A DNA stretch of 45,795 bases. Source: an uncultured Alphaproteobacteria bacterium (GTDB taxonomy: Bacteria > Pseudomonadota > Alphaproteobacteria > Rhizobiales > Beijerinckiaceae). A program made the translations under genes and the position numbers. The notes beneath the pieces are model-generated. The model saw nothing but the letters and a program-made list of their open reading frames with translations, was not told where the DNA came from and did no database searches. Of the stretch, positions 25,659-36,467 are shown in pieces (the stretch's first letter is position 1; each line of letters begins with the position of its first letter). The stretch lies in NCBI GenBank assembly GCA_937871825.1, contig CALMOK010000073.1, positions 1 to 45,795 of the forward strand. Direction: 5' to 3'.

Positions 25659-26858
25659 TCAACCGATTTGAGTGAGGATGACGCGCGCCGCACGGGCGCT
25701 GGGCAGTTCGGCATGGCCTATGCTCATCAGCCCGTCGAGCCGGGCCATGGCGGCCAGCTGGTCGGCGCGATCCGGCCCATCTTCGAGCAGCGGCAGGAGG
25801 GCATCGGCCAGGGCGTCGGCCGTGCAGGCGTCCCCAAGGAACTCGGGAACGGCGTTCCGGCCCAGCACCAGGTTGGGAAGCACGATGGTCGGCACCTTGA
25901 CAAGGAAGCGCAGCCGCATTTCGAGCGCCGTGACCTTGTAGGCCACGACGGTGGGAACGGCCGCCAGTGCGAGCTCGAGCGTCACGGTGCCGGACGCCGC
26001 GAGGGCGACCCGGGCTTGGCGAAAGGCTGCCAGCTTGGCGCTTTCCCCGACGACGATGCGGGGCGCGACCGGCCAGTTGGCCGCTTGTCGCCTGATTTCC
26101 TCCTCAAGGTGACCGACAGCGGGAAGAACGACGTCCAACGGACCGAAGGCGGCCCGTACGCGGCCGACCGTTTCGCCGAAATCGGCCATCAGCCGTCCGA
26201 TCTCGCTGCGCCGCGACCCGGGCAGCACCAACAGCAGTGGCGGCGCTTCGGCACGCCGCGCAGCCTCGGCGCCCGAGGGCCGCAGTTCGTCGAGCCGTTC
26301 CACCAGGGGATGGCCCACGTAGGTGCATGGCGGCCCGCCGAGGCGCTGGTGCGCCGCAGGCTCGAACGGCAGCAGCGCGAGAACGTGATCCACATAAGTC
26401 CGCATGGCGCGGGCCCGGCCGGTCCGCCACGCCCAAACGCTGGGACTGACATAATTCACGACGGGAAGGCCGGGCCGGACCCGCCGTGCCCGCCGGGCCA
26501 CCCGATGGGTGAAATCCGGGCTGTCGATGATGATCAACGCGTCGGGATCTGACGCCACCACGGCATCCGCCGCCTGGCGGATGCGCCGCATCAGCGTGGG
26601 CAAGCGCTTGATGACCGGCAGAACCCCCATGACGGCGATATCGGCGAGCGGAAAGAGCGAGCGAAGCCCTTCAGCCTCCATGCGCTCGCCGCCAATCCCC
26701 TCGAACAGGATCGGCCGCGCCGAGGTCGCTTTCAGCGCCCGCATGAGCTTGAAACCGAGCTGGTCGCCGGAATGTTCGCCCGCCACCAGAAAGAACCGGA
26801 GGGAACGGTCGCCCCGACCCGCGTTTTTGGGAACCATTCCGGGCACCCGGCTCGTCAC
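25659..26858 (-). CDS. lpxB: Lipid A disaccharide synthase
   Basis: AGEHSGD, IDSPDF, YVSPSVWAWR, LLPFE, YVGHP, LPGSRRSE and ASGT.TLE. GTG start overlaps the lpxA stop. Confidence 0.95.
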   Translation of the reverse strand: MTSRVPGMVPKNAGRGDRSLRFFLVAGEHSGDQLGFKLMRALKATSARPILFEGIGGERMEAEGLRSLFPLADIAVMGVLPVIKRLPTLMRRIRQAADAVVASDPDALIIIDSPDFTHRVARRARRVRPGLPVVNYVSPSVWAWRTGRARAMRTYVDHVLALLPFEPAAHQRLGGPPCTYVGHPLVERLDELRPSGAEAARRAEAPPLLLVLPGSRRSEIGRLMADFGETVGRVRAAFGPLDVVLPAVGHLEEEIRRQAANWPVAPRIVVGESAKLAAFRQARVALAASGTVTLELALAAVPTVVAYKVTALEMRLRFLVKVPTIVLPNLVLGRNAVPEFLGDACTADALADALLPLLEDGPDRADQLAAMARLDGLMSIGHAELPSARAARVILTQIG

Positions 26859-27691
26859 ACGTCGATGTCCCGGCTGTCGCGCGGCGTGCAGATCGCCCTG
26901 TCGTTCCCGGCGCGGATGAACGTCAGGATTTCCTGCACCTCCCCGTGGGTCGGGAACTCGGCCCCTACCGCCTCGACCCTTTCCTTCAAGGTCCCCCCGG
27001 CGGCGAACAGCAGCCGGTAGGCGCGCCGCAGTTCATGGATCTGCTCGCGGGTGAAGCCGCCGCGTTTCAGGCCGACCAGATTGAGGCCGGCGAGGTTGGC
27101 GCGATTGCCGAGTGCCATCCCGTAGGGGATCACGTCGTTTTCAACCCCGGCGAGTCCGCCCACGAAGGCGTGCGGGCCGATGCGCACGAACTGGTGGACC
27201 GCCGCCCCGCCCCCCAGGATGGCATGATCGCCGACGCGGCAATGACCGGCCAGCATGACGTTGTTGGAAAAGATCACCCGGGAGCCGACCCGACAATCGT
27301 GCGCCACATGGGCGTTGGCCAGGAAGGTGCTGTGATCGCCGATGGTGGTGACGCCACCACCGGCGGCCGTGCCGGGGTTCATGGTCACGCCTTCCCGGAT
27401 CAAGCAATCCGAGCCGATCACCAGCGAGGTGGGTTCGCCCCGGTATTTCAGGTCCTGCGGCTCGTGACCGATGGAGCTGAAGGGAAAGATCCGGGTGCGG
27501 GCGCCAACCACCGTGGTGCCCGCGACGGCCACGTGCGAGATCAGCCGAACCCCTTCCTCGAGCTCCACCTGCGAGCCTATGTGGCAGAATGGGCCGACGA
27601 CGACGCCGTGCCCGAGCTTGGCGCCGGGTTCGACCGACGACAAGGGATGAACGAGTGGCGCGCCGAGGTTCGAGGCGTCCGGCTCGCTCAC
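26855..27691 (-). CDS. lpxA: UDP-N-acetylglucosamine acyltransferase
   Basis: Hexapeptide repeats, PQDLKY, AHVAHDC, AVHQF and [12 protein letters not shown] start overlaps the fabZ stop. Confidence 0.95.
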   Translation of the reverse strand: MSEPDASNLGAPLVHPLSSVEPGAKLGHGVVVGPFCHIGSQVELEEGVRLISHVAVAGTTVVGARTRIFPFSSIGHEPQDLKYRGEPTSLVIGSDCLIREGVTMNPGTAAGGGVTTIGDHSTFLANAHVAHDCRVGSRVIFSNNVMLAGHCRVGDHAILGGGAAVHQFVRIGPHAFVGGLAGVENDVIPYGMALGNRANLAGLNLVGLKRGGFTREQIHELRRAYRLLFAAGGTLKERVEAVGAEFPTHGEVQEILTFIRAGNDRAICTPRDSRDIDV

Positions 27692-28158
27692 TCCATCACC
27701 AGCATGGCGCTGACCAGCGCTTCGCAGACCAGCGATCCATCGACTTTGGCCTCGCCCTTGTACCACCACATGGTGCGGCGACGCGCGGTCTTGGTGAGGT
27801 GGTATTCGACCACGTCGCCGGGAACCACGGGCTTCCTGAACTTCACCTTGTCGATGGTCATGAAGTAGACAAGCTTCGGTTTAGCCAAGCCTTGCGCCCT
27901 GACGCACAGCGCGCCGGCGGTTTGCGCCATGCCTTCGATCAGCAGGATGCCGGGCATAACGGGACGCCCCGGAAAATGACCCTGGAATTGCGGCTCGTTG
28001 AAGCTGACGTTCTTGATCCCCACGCAGCTTTCGTCGCCTTTCATGCGGATGATCTTGTCGACCAGGAGGAACGGATAACGATGCGGCAGCGCTTCCAGCA
28101 GCTGGAGGATATCCATCGTGTCGAGTGTGTCGGGCATCGTCGGGGCCGGATCGTCCAT
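27688..28158 (-). CDS. fabZ: 3-hydroxyacyl-ACP dehydratase
   Basis: [17 protein letters not shown] and PG.L.IEGMAQ. Confidence 0.97.
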   Translation of the reverse strand: MDDPAPTMPDTLDTMDILQLLEALPHRYPFLLVDKIIRMKGDESCVGIKNVSFNEPQFQGHFPGRPVMPGILLIEGMAQTAGALCVRAQGLAKPKLVYFMTIDKVKFRKPVVPGDVVEYHLTKTARRRTMWWYKGEAKVDGSLVCEALVSAMLVME

Positions 28159-28330
28159 TCAGGATCCAATCTCACAAAAAACGGCCGTCTCACGATGGCC
28201 GGTGGCCAGCTCACGGCCTTTTAGCCGAGCAAGGGGAGGACCACCCGGACGACATTGAATCGGCGAGCGATGCTGGCCTAACGACCAGCCGGGGCAAACG
28301 CAATCGCCCATCGCAACACAAGGAGGTGGC

Positions 28331-29389
28331 TCAGCCCTTCGGTTCCGACCGGTCCTTGTCGCCGCGGGCGAGGCGACGCAGGATGGCTGTCTGCTTGAAG
28401 AGGTCGCGAACCGGTTGGGCCGGCGAGCCGACAACCCGCGCTCCGGGTTCGACATCGGCCATCACGCCGGCCTGCGCCCCGATCTGCGCGCCGGCGCCGA
28501 TCTTGAGGTGGCCCGTCAAACCGGCCTGCCCACCCGTGACGGCGAAGTCGCCGAGCGTGGTCGACCCGGAAATCCCGGTTTGCGAGACGATGACGCAATG
28601 CCGGCCGATCACCACGTTGTGGGCGATCTGCACCAGGTTGTCGATTTTCGTGCCCTCGCCGACGATGGTATCGCGGCTCGAGCCCCGGTCGATGGTCGTG
28701 TTGGCGCCAACCTCGACATGATCCTGAAGGATGACGCGGCCGATCTGCGCCACCTTGACGTGACCGCCTGGCCCCATGGCGAAGCCGAACCCGTCCTGGC
28801 CGATCCGGACACCGGGATGAAGGATGACGTTGTTGCCGATCAGGGCGTTGATCACGGTGGCCTGCGGCCCGATCGAACATGATCGACCGATCCGGACATC
28901 CGGCCCGATTACGCTGTTGGCGCCCACTACCGTGCCGGCTCCGATCTCGGCGCGCGGACCGATGACGGCGCCCGGGTCGATCGTCACCCCAGCCTCGAGG
29001 CGGGCGTCGGGGTGGATGAAGACCCCGGGGGACACGCCTTCGACGGCGAAAACCGGCCCAGGCGAGAGTGCGTCGGGATGGATCTTGGCGAGAACCGATG
29101 CGACGGCCCTGTAGGGCTCGACAACCACCAGAGGCACCGTTCCAACCGGCACCTTCCCGGCGAAACGGTCGAGCAGGAGGCAGGCTGCCGCGCGTGTTCC
29201 GGGCAGGGCCGACGCGTAGCGCGGGTTGTCCAGAAAGGTCAGCGTTCCGGGTCCCGCCTGTTCGAGGGGGGCGACGCCAGTGATGCGGCGCGACAAATCC
29301 TGCCCCTCGGGGGCATGCGCGCCTGTCCATGACAGAATGTCGGCAAGGCTCGGAACACAGGCCGCGCGGAAGAACATGGGCGTGTTCAT
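28331..29389 (-). CDS. lpxD: UDP-3-O-acylglucosamine N-acyltransferase
   Basis: [28 protein letters not shown] and hexapeptide repeats. Confidence 0.96.
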   Translation of the reverse strand: MNTPMFFRAACVPSLADILSWTGAHAPEGQDLSRRITGVAPLEQAGPGTLTFLDNPRYASALPGTRAAACLLLDRFAGKVPVGTVPLVVVEPYRAVASVLAKIHPDALSPGPVFAVEGVSPGVFIHPDARLEAGVTIDPGAVIGPRAEIGAGTVVGANSVIGPDVRIGRSCSIGPQATVINALIGNNVILHPGVRIGQDGFGFAMGPGGHVKVAQIGRVILQDHVEVGANTTIDRGSSRDTIVGEGTKIDNLVQIAHNVVIGRHCVIVSQTGISGSTTLGDFAVTGGQAGLTGHLKIGAGAQIGAQAGVMADVEPGARVVGSPAQPVRDLFKQTAILRRLARGDKDRSEPKG

Positions 29390-29505
29390 AATCGCCACTC
29401 CCGTTTGCGCCAGAACTGTTCGGTCAAAAGCCCAACACCAAACGGTCAGCTCGAGAGGAGCCCCGACTCGTCAGGCCGGGGCGACCACCAAGCGAACCTT
29501 GACCG

Positions 29506-31965
29506 TCAGAAGGACGTGCCGCCGGAGAAGCGGAAAGCCTGGGTCTCGTCGTATTTGTCCTTGGACAAGGCAAACGCGTAGTCGAACCGGATCGGACCCA
29601 AGGGGGAAGCCCAAAGAAGGCTGGCACCGACGGACGAGCGAATGTCGGACGAGTCGCGCACGATCACGCAGGTTCCCTGTGTGGTCGAGGTTGCCGACGT
29701 GTAGCTGCAGGGTGTGCCGGGAGCGGCGAAATTCGTCCGGCCCGTGTAGCCGAACAAGGTACCGGCATCGGCAAACACAGCACCCTTGAGGCCGAGGTCA
29801 CGGGGCAGGCCATAGATGGGGAACTGGAACTCCAGCGAAGCACCCGCGTAATGCGAGCCACCAAGCGGATTGAGCCTGGCGTTCACCGGATCACTGATGT
29901 CGCGCGGTCCGATACCCGACGGCGCGAAACCGCGAACCAGGCTTGGACCAAGCTGGAATTGGTCGGTGATCCGGAGCGGGTCATTTCCAAAGCCAGCGAT
30001 GTTGCCGCCTTGGAGCCGGACGAAGCCAATGATGTCCTCGTAAATCGGGTGGTAGTAGCGCAGGTCACCGGTGTTGCGAATGAACTGCGAGTCGCCTCCA
30101 ACGCCCGCCACGTCGGTTCGCAGCTCGGCGAACAAGCCGGTTGTGGGGCTCTTGGCATTGTCGAGCGTGTTGTAGTTCAAATTCACGCCAACCAGCGACG
30201 TCAAGGTGTCGCCCTGGGCCTCCTTGACGGCGATCGAGGCTTCTCCGTTGGTCAAGCAGTTGTTGTCGGTCCGCAGGATACCGGGGCCGTCCAGGCTGCC
30301 GAACCCTGGGGTCGTGCCGTTGATGGGGAAAGAACAGTCATTGAAGGGATTCGATCTGGTGTTCGGAATGGTGATCCGGGTGTTGTAGATCGAGTAATGC
30401 GGCGAGATCGAGAACTCGTCGGTGACCGGGATGCCGAGCCGCAGCGTTCCACCCGTGACGAAGGTCTTGTAGAGCGCGTAACGCGTGTTGTCGTTCTGCT
30501 TGGCGAAGATGTCGAACCCAGCCGCGATACGGCTATCGAACACGTAGGGCTCGGTGAACGAGAGGTCGACGCCCCGGGCGTTCTCTCCTTCCTGGACGGC
30601 CAACTTCACGTACTGGCCTCGGCCGAGGAAGTTGGTTTCAGTGACCGCCGCCTCGGCGATGAAGCCGTCCGAGGTCGAATAGCCACCCGAGATGGAGAAC
30701 GACCCCGTCGGTTGATCCTCGACATCGACGTTGAGGATGACGCGATCGGCCGCGGAGCCAGGCTCGTTGGTGATCTTCACCTTCTTGAAGAAACCCAGGC
30801 TGTTCAGCCGACGCTCGGCGCGATCGATCATGACCTTGTTGTAGGGGTCGCCTTCGCCGATATCGAACTCACGACGGATCACGTAATCGCGCGTCCGGCT
30901 GTTACCCCGCACGTTGATCCGCTCGATATAAACGCGCGGACCATCATCCACCACGAAGCCGAGGTTGACGAGGTGCGTGGAAGGATTGCGATCGCCACGC
31001 GGACGGACTTCCGAGAAAGCGTAGCCCCGGCGTTCCACTTCGCGGGTCACCGATTCGGTGGATTTCTCGACAAGGTCGCCGTCGTAAACGTCGCCGGGCG
31101 ACAACCGGACAAAGGATGTCAGCTGATCGCCGGAAACGTCCGGCAGGTGCGACTCAACCCGGATGGCACCGATCGTGTACTGCGACCCTTCCTCGACCGT
31201 GATGGTGATGTCGTACCCGCCACCCTCGGCGTCGAACTTCACGTCCGAACCGATGATGCGGAAGTCGGCGTAGCCGTTGCGGAGATAGTAGCGGCGGATC
31301 AGTTCCTGGTCGGCGGCGATCTTGTCGGGGTCATAAACGTCCGAAGTCTTGAAAAACGACAGCAGGTTTGACTCGGTGGTTTGCATGAGGCCGCGCAACC
31401 GGCCCTCGCCGAAAGCCTTGTTGCCGACGAAATTGATCGACTTGACGCCCGTCTTGTCGCCCTCGTCGATGGTGAACACGACGTCGAGCCTGCCGTTGGG
31501 CAGATCGACGGTACGCGACGTCACCTTGGCGGCGGCACGGCCGGACCTGCGATAAATATCCTTGATGCGCTCGACGTCGGCTTCAACGGTTGCGGGATTA
31601 TAGGGTCCGCGTGTTTTCGACTGGAGCTCGGGCGAAAGCTGGTCACCCTTGACCTTGGTGTTGCCCTCGAAGGCAACGCGATTGATGACGCCGTTCTCGA
31701 CGACCCTGACAAGCAATCCGCTTCCCTGACGGGTCACACGAACGTCCTTGAACAGCCCCGTTGCGTAGAGATCCTTGACGGCCTGGTTGACGTTGCCCTG
31801 GTCGGCACCCGTGAAATACGACCGGACGGTTTCGCTGTCGACGCGCCGATTGCCCTCGACCAGGATCGTCGTGGCCGCCCAAGCCGGCGGCGCGATTCCG
31901 GAGAGCACGACGCCCAGTAGCGTTAACATCGTGAGACGGTTCAAGAAGCCGCGTAGAAACTGCAT
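29506..31965 (-). CDS. bamA: Outer membrane protein assembly factor BamA
   Basis: Signal peptide, POTRA repeats, NFLGRGQ, VRGF, SPLGP and a C-terminal Phe. Confidence 0.96.
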   Translation of the reverse strand: MQFLRGFLNRLTMLTLLGVVLSGIAPPAWAATTILVEGNRRVDSETVRSYFTGADQGNVNQAVKDLYATGLFKDVRVTRQGSGLLVRVVENGVINRVAFEGNTKVKGDQLSPELQSKTRGPYNPATVEADVERIKDIYRRSGRAAAKVTSRTVDLPNGRLDVVFTIDEGDKTGVKSINFVGNKAFGEGRLRGLMQTTESNLLSFFKTSDVYDPDKIAADQELIRRYYLRNGYADFRIIGSDVKFDAEGGGYDITITVEEGSQYTIGAIRVESHLPDVSGDQLTSFVRLSPGDVYDGDLVEKSTESVTREVERRGYAFSEVRPRGDRNPSTHLVNLGFVVDDGPRVYIERINVRGNSRTRDYVIRREFDIGEGDPYNKVMIDRAERRLNSLGFFKKVKITNEPGSAADRVILNVDVEDQPTGSFSISGGYSTSDGFIAEAAVTETNFLGRGQYVKLAVQEGENARGVDLSFTEPYVFDSRIAAGFDIFAKQNDNTRYALYKTFVTGGTLRLGIPVTDEFSISPHYSIYNTRITIPNTRSNPFNDCSFPINGTTPGFGSLDGPGILRTDNNCLTNGEASIAVKEAQGDTLTSLVGVNLNYNTLDNAKSPTTGLFAELRTDVAGVGGDSQFIRNTGDLRYYHPIYEDIIGFVRLQGGNIAGFGNDPLRITDQFQLGPSLVRGFAPSGIGPRDISDPVNARLNPLGGSHYAGASLEFQFPIYGLPRDLGLKGAVFADAGTLFGYTGRTNFAAPGTPCSYTSATSTTQGTCVIVRDSSDIRSSVGASLLWASPLGPIRFDYAFALSKDKYDETQAFRFSGGTSF

Positions 31966-32286
31966 GTACTCTCGGTCCCCGTCACTCGCGAACGCTGACG
32001 CGTCCCCGATCCTCAACACGCACACCAGGAAACCGACCACCTTGGGCGGGAACTCTTCCACCCCGGTCGGACTGCCTGCATTCCAAGGCGGATCCCTCGG
32101 AAGCCGCCCGAAACAACAACCGTTTCAATGGTCGCCGACAACGAAGATGCGGCTTCCACAGCCCCGTTATGCCAGGATTTCGCTTCTACAAGGTTTACAC
32201 AAGCCTGGGAACCGACATTCACCCCCCTCCCACGCAAAGGCGGCAAGCGTTGCCTTACCGACACGCAAGCCGCTGAAATGCCGTAA

Positions 32287-33402
32287 TTAACTTACGAAAA
32301 ACCGGGACAGATCGTTGAATGTGGCGCAAAGCATCAAAGCCGCCACGACGGCGAGGCCGATCCTGAACCCGAACTCCTGGGTTCGATGGCTGACGGGGCG
32401 GCCAAGCACCCCTTCGATCAGGCAGAACAGCAATCGGCCGCCATCGAGTGGCGGGATCGGAAGCAGGTTGAAGAACCCGATCGAGACGGAGAAGAAGGCC
32501 GCCAGATTGAGAACCGCCGCGAAGCCGAGGCGCACCACGGTGTCGGTGACCTCGACCATCCGCACCGGACCGGATAATTGGGCCACGGTTTCCCGGCCGA
32601 TCAGCAACCCGCCCAAGTAGCTTGTGGTGCGGCTGATCACGTACCAACATTCCTTGAAAGCCTCTCTCACGCTTTCGCCGCCGCCCAGTCGCCTGTTGGA
32701 AAAATCGGCCGGATCGGTGGACGCCCCAAGGCCGAGTACACCGATCCGCGACGTTCCAAACTGGCCCTTGACGTCCTTGCGCTCCGGCGTCGCCAGGATG
32801 TGGACCAGCGCGCCGGCGCGCTCCACGTCAACCGCGATCTGGACATCGCCCGAGGCGCTGACGATGCGTTGCATGTCGGTGAAGCTTTCGATCGACTCGC
32901 CGTTGATGGCGCGGATCTGGTCACCGGGCTGAAAGCCAGAACGTGCTGCGGCGCTTTCCGGCACCACTGAGCCAACCTTTGGCGCCAGGACACCGACGCC
33001 CTGAAACGAGAACAAACCGGCAAAGATCACGATCGCCAGCAGGAAGCTCGCGATCGGTCCGGCCGCCACCACCACGCCGCGCTGCCAAGCCGATTTGCCG
33101 GCGAAGGTGTCGCTCCGGTCGACTGACGCGACGTCCGGATCAGCTTCAAGCGCGGCGCTCACGCCGTCCGCGTCTCCGTGAAACTTGACATAACCGCCAA
33201 GTGGAACGGCGGCGACGCGCCAACGGGTACCCTTTCGATCCGTGTAGGCGAAAAGCTCGGGGCCGAAACCCACCGAGAAGGCATCGATCTTGGCGCCACA
33301 CCATCGACCAGCCAGGAAGTGACCGAGTTCGTGGAAGAAAATGACGATAACAAGGATGAAGATGTACCCGAGCAAGGTCGGAAGGTGACTGAACAAGGCC
33401 AT
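32287..33402 (-). CDS. rseP: RIP metalloprotease RseP
   Basis: HELGH, PLGGYVKF, AGP, a PDZ domain and NLLPIPPLDGG. Confidence 0.94.
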   Translation of the reverse strand: MALFSHLPTLLGYIFILVIVIFFHELGHFLAGRWCGAKIDAFSVGFGPELFAYTDRKGTRWRVAAVPLGGYVKFHGDADGVSAALEADPDVASVDRSDTFAGKSAWQRGVVVAAGPIASFLLAIVIFAGLFSFQGVGVLAPKVGSVVPESAAARSGFQPGDQIRAINGESIESFTDMQRIVSASGDVQIAVDVERAGALVHILATPERKDVKGQFGTSRIGVLGLGASTDPADFSNRRLGGGESVREAFKECWYVISRTTSYLGGLLIGRETVAQLSGPVRMVEVTDTVVRLGFAAVLNLAAFFSVSIGFFNLLPIPPLDGGRLLFCLIEGVLGRPVSHRTQEFGFRIGLAVVAALMLCATFNDLSRFFVS

Positions 33403-33516
33403 CGGGGGCTCCGAACGACGGGTCGCGTCGTCAACTGGATGGCAGGCCAGACCAACTCCGCGTTGACGGCGTTATCAAAACCTTACCGATCCCTTTACAA
33501 TGTTCCTAAAGCCCTC

Positions 33517-34749
33517 CTAATCCAAGAGCGAGGCGGCCCTTTCTCTCGCGACATGGTCAACCGAGAGAGCGTCGGCCACGCTGGACGGGACATGGGCCCA
33601 GCCTTCCGCGAGCGACAGGTCGCACACCCGTTCAACGAGTTGGATCATCGCGCCAAAAGCCATGCGGCCTGCCAGGAAGGCCTCAACGGCGACTTCGTTG
33701 GCGGCGTTGAGCACGGTGGGAAGCCCCTGCCCGGCCTTCAGCGATTCGAGCGCGAGGCGAAGCGCCGGAAAACGCCGGAGATCGGGCTTTTCAAACGTCA
33801 ACGAACCGATCGCAGCCAGATCGAGCTTGCGGGCACCGCTTTCAAAGCGGAACGGAAAGCCAAGGCAATGGGCGATGGGAACTCGCATGTCGGGCAGCGC
33901 CATGCCGGCCGTGACGGATCCGTCCGCGAAGGCGACGAGCCCATGCACCACCGATTGGGGGTGGACCACGACGTCCAGGCGATCCGCCTCGATGCCGAAC
34001 AGATGGTGGGCTTCGATCACCTCGAGCCCCTTGTTCATCAGGCTCGCCGAGTCGATCGTCACCTTGGGGCCCATGGCCCAGTTTGGGTAGGCGAGCGCTT
34101 CCGTCACGGTGGCGGCGGCGATCCGCTCGGCGTCCCAGGTTCGGAAAGGGCCGCCCGATGCCGTGAGGGTCATGCGCTCGATGGTGGACGAGGGCGCGCC
34201 GCCCATGGCTTGAAAGATGGCGTTGTGTTCGCTGTCGAGCGGCAGGAGCGTGGCGCCGGATTCGGCCACGGTGCGCATCACGGGCGCGCCCGCGCAGACC
34301 ATGGTTTCCTTGTTGGCCAGGGCAACCGTCCGGCCGGCGGCGAGCGCCGCGTGGGTGGGCATGACGCCAACCGTGCCGGCAATCGCCGCGATCACGATGT
34401 CGCTCGGCCGAAGCGCCGCCTCGATCACGGCTTCGGGGCCGGCGGCGGCCTCGATCCCGCTAGCCCCCAAGGCGTCCTTCAGGGCACGGTAAGCCGTGGG
34501 ATCGGCGATGGCGACAAAGCCCGCGCGGAGCTCAATGGCGGCTTTGGCCAAGGCCTGGGCGTCGCGTCCCCCCGCGAGGGCCGCCACTGTGAAATGCTCC
34601 GGATGCATCGCCAGAACCTGCGCGGTGGAGCGCCCGATCGAGCCGGTGGCGCCGAGCACGACAATCGATCGCGGCCGGGAGCCTTTCGACATCGATCGTT
34701 GCGCGTGCAAATCCGTCATCTCTGAAACCCCGTGCCGGATGACCGTCAT
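33517..34749 (-). CDS. dxr: 1-deoxy-D-xylulose 5-phosphate reductoisomerase
   Basis: LGATGSIG, LANKE, DSEH, TASGGPF, MG.K.TIDSA.LMNKGLE and NAANE. Start is at 34749 (ATGA overlap with cdsA), 34719 or 34692. Confidence 0.95.
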   Translation of the reverse strand: MTVIRHGVSEMTDLHAQRSMSKGSRPRSIVVLGATGSIGRSTAQVLAMHPEHFTVAALAGGRDAQALAKAAIELRAGFVAIADPTAYRALKDALGASGIEAAAGPEAVIEAALRPSDIVIAAIAGTVGVMPTHAALAAGRTVALANKETMVCAGAPVMRTVAESGATLLPLDSEHNAIFQAMGGAPSSTIERMTLTASGGPFRTWDAERIAAATVTEALAYPNWAMGPKVTIDSASLMNKGLEVIEAHHLFGIEADRLDVVVHPQSVVHGLVAFADGSVTAGMALPDMRVPIAHCLGFPFRFESGARKLDLAAIGSLTFEKPDLRRFPALRLALESLKAGQGLPTVLNAANEVAVEAFLAGRMAFGAMIQLVERVCDLSLAEGWAHVPSSVADALSVDHVARERAASLLD

Positions 34750-35615
34750 TGAAGCAATCCCGCACCCGCCGTCGAGATTCCAAGCCGCGCTGCCCCCAGG
34801 ACCGCCGCGAACACCGCCGCGGCGATGAACCCATCCAGCCGGTCCATGACGCCGCCGTGCCCCGGAATGAGGCCGCTCGCATCCTTGACTTTGAAACGGC
34901 GCTTCAGCGACGATTCGAAAAGGTCGCCGCCTTGGGCGAGTGCCGCGGCCGCCAACCCGATCACCATTGCAGTGACGTAGGAACCCGGCGTGGGCGACAC
35001 CAACACACCCGCCAGCGCTCCGCACCCGACCCCGACCACAAACCCCGACCAAGTTTTGGACGGCGACAAACGCGGCCAAAGCTTCGGGCCGCCAATCAGC
35101 CGTCCCCCGAAATAAGCCATCACGTCGGTGGTCCAGACAACCGCGAAAAGCCAGAGCACGGCTCGCGCACCGAGGGGCGCGATGGAGCTTCGCAGGACCG
35201 CAAGCGAAACCAGGAGCGCTCCGGCGTAGAGCACGCCGAAGCCGCTCCAAACACGCCATCCGCGCGGCGCGAAGCCGGCGACCGCGCCCGCGCACGCAAG
35301 CAAAGCCAACACAGCCCAACCCGGTAGCCCAAAGGCCAGAAAGGTCGCCACGATCACAAGCGCAAGCGCCCCGGCCCAGACCCGCCGACCTGCCCCGTCG
35401 ATGGCAAACAGGTGCTGCCATTCCCACAGGATCGCGACCGCCGCGGCCGACCAAAAAGCGAGGAAGGCCACCCCCCCGATCAACGCGCTCGCGACCGCGA
35501 CCGCCGCCATCACGCAGGCTGAGGCCACGCGCGGCATCAGATCGGCCCAGCGTCGCTTGAGCGGGGTTCCGGCAGTCGCTGGCACCACGGTGGGCGACCC
35601 CGCCCTTCCAGTCAC
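34746..35615 (-). CDS. cdsA: Phosphatidate cytidylyltransferase
   Basis: D..AYFGG, SPSKTW.G and GDLFES.LKR...KD....IPGHGG.MDRLD. Confidence 0.95.
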   Translation of the reverse strand: MTGRAGSPTVVPATAGTPLKRRWADLMPRVASACVMAAVAVASALIGGVAFLAFWSAAAVAILWEWQHLFAIDGAGRRVWAGALALVIVATFLAFGLPGWAVLALLACAGAVAGFAPRGWRVWSGFGVLYAGALLVSLAVLRSSIAPLGARAVLWLFAVVWTTDVMAYFGGRLIGGPKLWPRLSPSKTWSGFVVGVGCGALAGVLVSPTPGSYVTAMVIGLAAAALAQGGDLFESSLKRRFKVKDASGLIPGHGGVMDRLDGFIAAAVFAAVLGAARLGISTAGAGLLQ

Positions 35616-36436
35616 AATGCGGACTTCATGGCGCGAACGGCGGAATCGGGGGCGCCCGTCACGCCGCCGAAACGGCGTTCGCGCCGGGTGTAGGCGGCGA
35701 TCGCTTCATCAAAGGCCGAGCGGTCGAAGTCGGGCCACAGGCACGGGAGAAAGACGAATTCGGCATAAGCCGCCTGCCACAGGAGGAAGTTCGACAAGCG
35801 TTGCTCGCCCGAGGTCCGGATGATCAGGTCGGGATCGGGGATGCCAGCCGTGTCGAGATAGGACTCGATCAAGTCCGGCAGAACTTCCTCCGGGATCAAC
35901 GTGCCGGCGGCGATCTCGGACGCGATCCGGCGCATGGCGGCCGCCATCTCCTGCCGGCTTCCGTAATTGAAGGCGACGACGAGCGTCAACTTGCGATTGG
36001 CCGCGGTCAGTTCCTCGGCCTCGTCGAGAAGGGCGCGGATGTCCGGCTGAAGGGTGTCGCGCACACCGATGATCCGGACGCGAACACCACTGCGGTGAAG
36101 TTCGGCCAAGTCGTTGCGGATGAACCGCTTGAGCAGCCCCATCAGATCGGTTACCTCTTCGAGCGGCCGTGTCCAATTCTCCGAAGAGAAGCTGTAAACC
36201 GTCAAATAGGAAATGCCGATCTCGATGGCGGCGCGCACCGCCCGCCGCAATGCCTCGACGCCCCGCCGATGCCCTTCGAGACGCGGGAGCCCGCGTGAAG
36301 CCGCCCAGCGACCGTTCCCATCCATGATGATGCCCACGTGGGCGGGAACATGAGCGACGTCATTCCGCCCGTCGCGAGAAGCGACCGCAGCGGAAGTGTG
36401 ATTGTCATCGATGGTCTTGTGCATGAGCCGATCCAT
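35612..36436 (-). CDS. uppS: Undecaprenyl/polyprenyl diphosphate synthase
   Basis: [25 protein letters not shown] and [15 protein letters not shown]. Start at 36436 or 36424. Confidence 0.95.
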   Translation of the reverse strand: MDRLMHKTIDDNHTSAAVASRDGRNDVAHVPAHVGIIMDGNGRWAASRGLPRLEGHRRGVEALRRAVRAAIEIGISYLTVYSFSSENWTRPLEEVTDLMGLLKRFIRNDLAELHRSGVRVRIIGVRDTLQPDIRALLDEAEELTAANRKLTLVVAFNYGSRQEMAAAMRRIASEIAAGTLIPEEVLPDLIESYLDTAGIPDPDLIIRTSGEQRLSNFLLWQAAYAEFVFLPCLWPDFDRSAFDEAIAAYTRRERRFGGVTGAPDSAVRAMKSAL

Positions 36437-36467
36437 CTTGCCTTGTCGAGCAGGCAAGCGCTGTCCG

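Noticed and set aside
29390-29505. Absence of skp/ompH between bamA and lpxD
   Set aside because: Direct bamA-lpxD adjacency is common in Rhizobiales.
33178-34725. Long antisense or alternate-frame ORFs (also 38588-40198, 29851-31371, 21970-23538, 14139-15308, 5607-7301)
   Set aside because: Shadow ORFs of well-conserved genes in high-GC DNA; Arg/Gly/Ala-rich with no recognisable motifs.
33517-35454. 645 aa ORF suggesting an N-terminally extended or fused Dxr
   Set aside because: The extra N-terminal part is an alternate frame over cdsA. Real Dxr starts at 34749 or just downstream.
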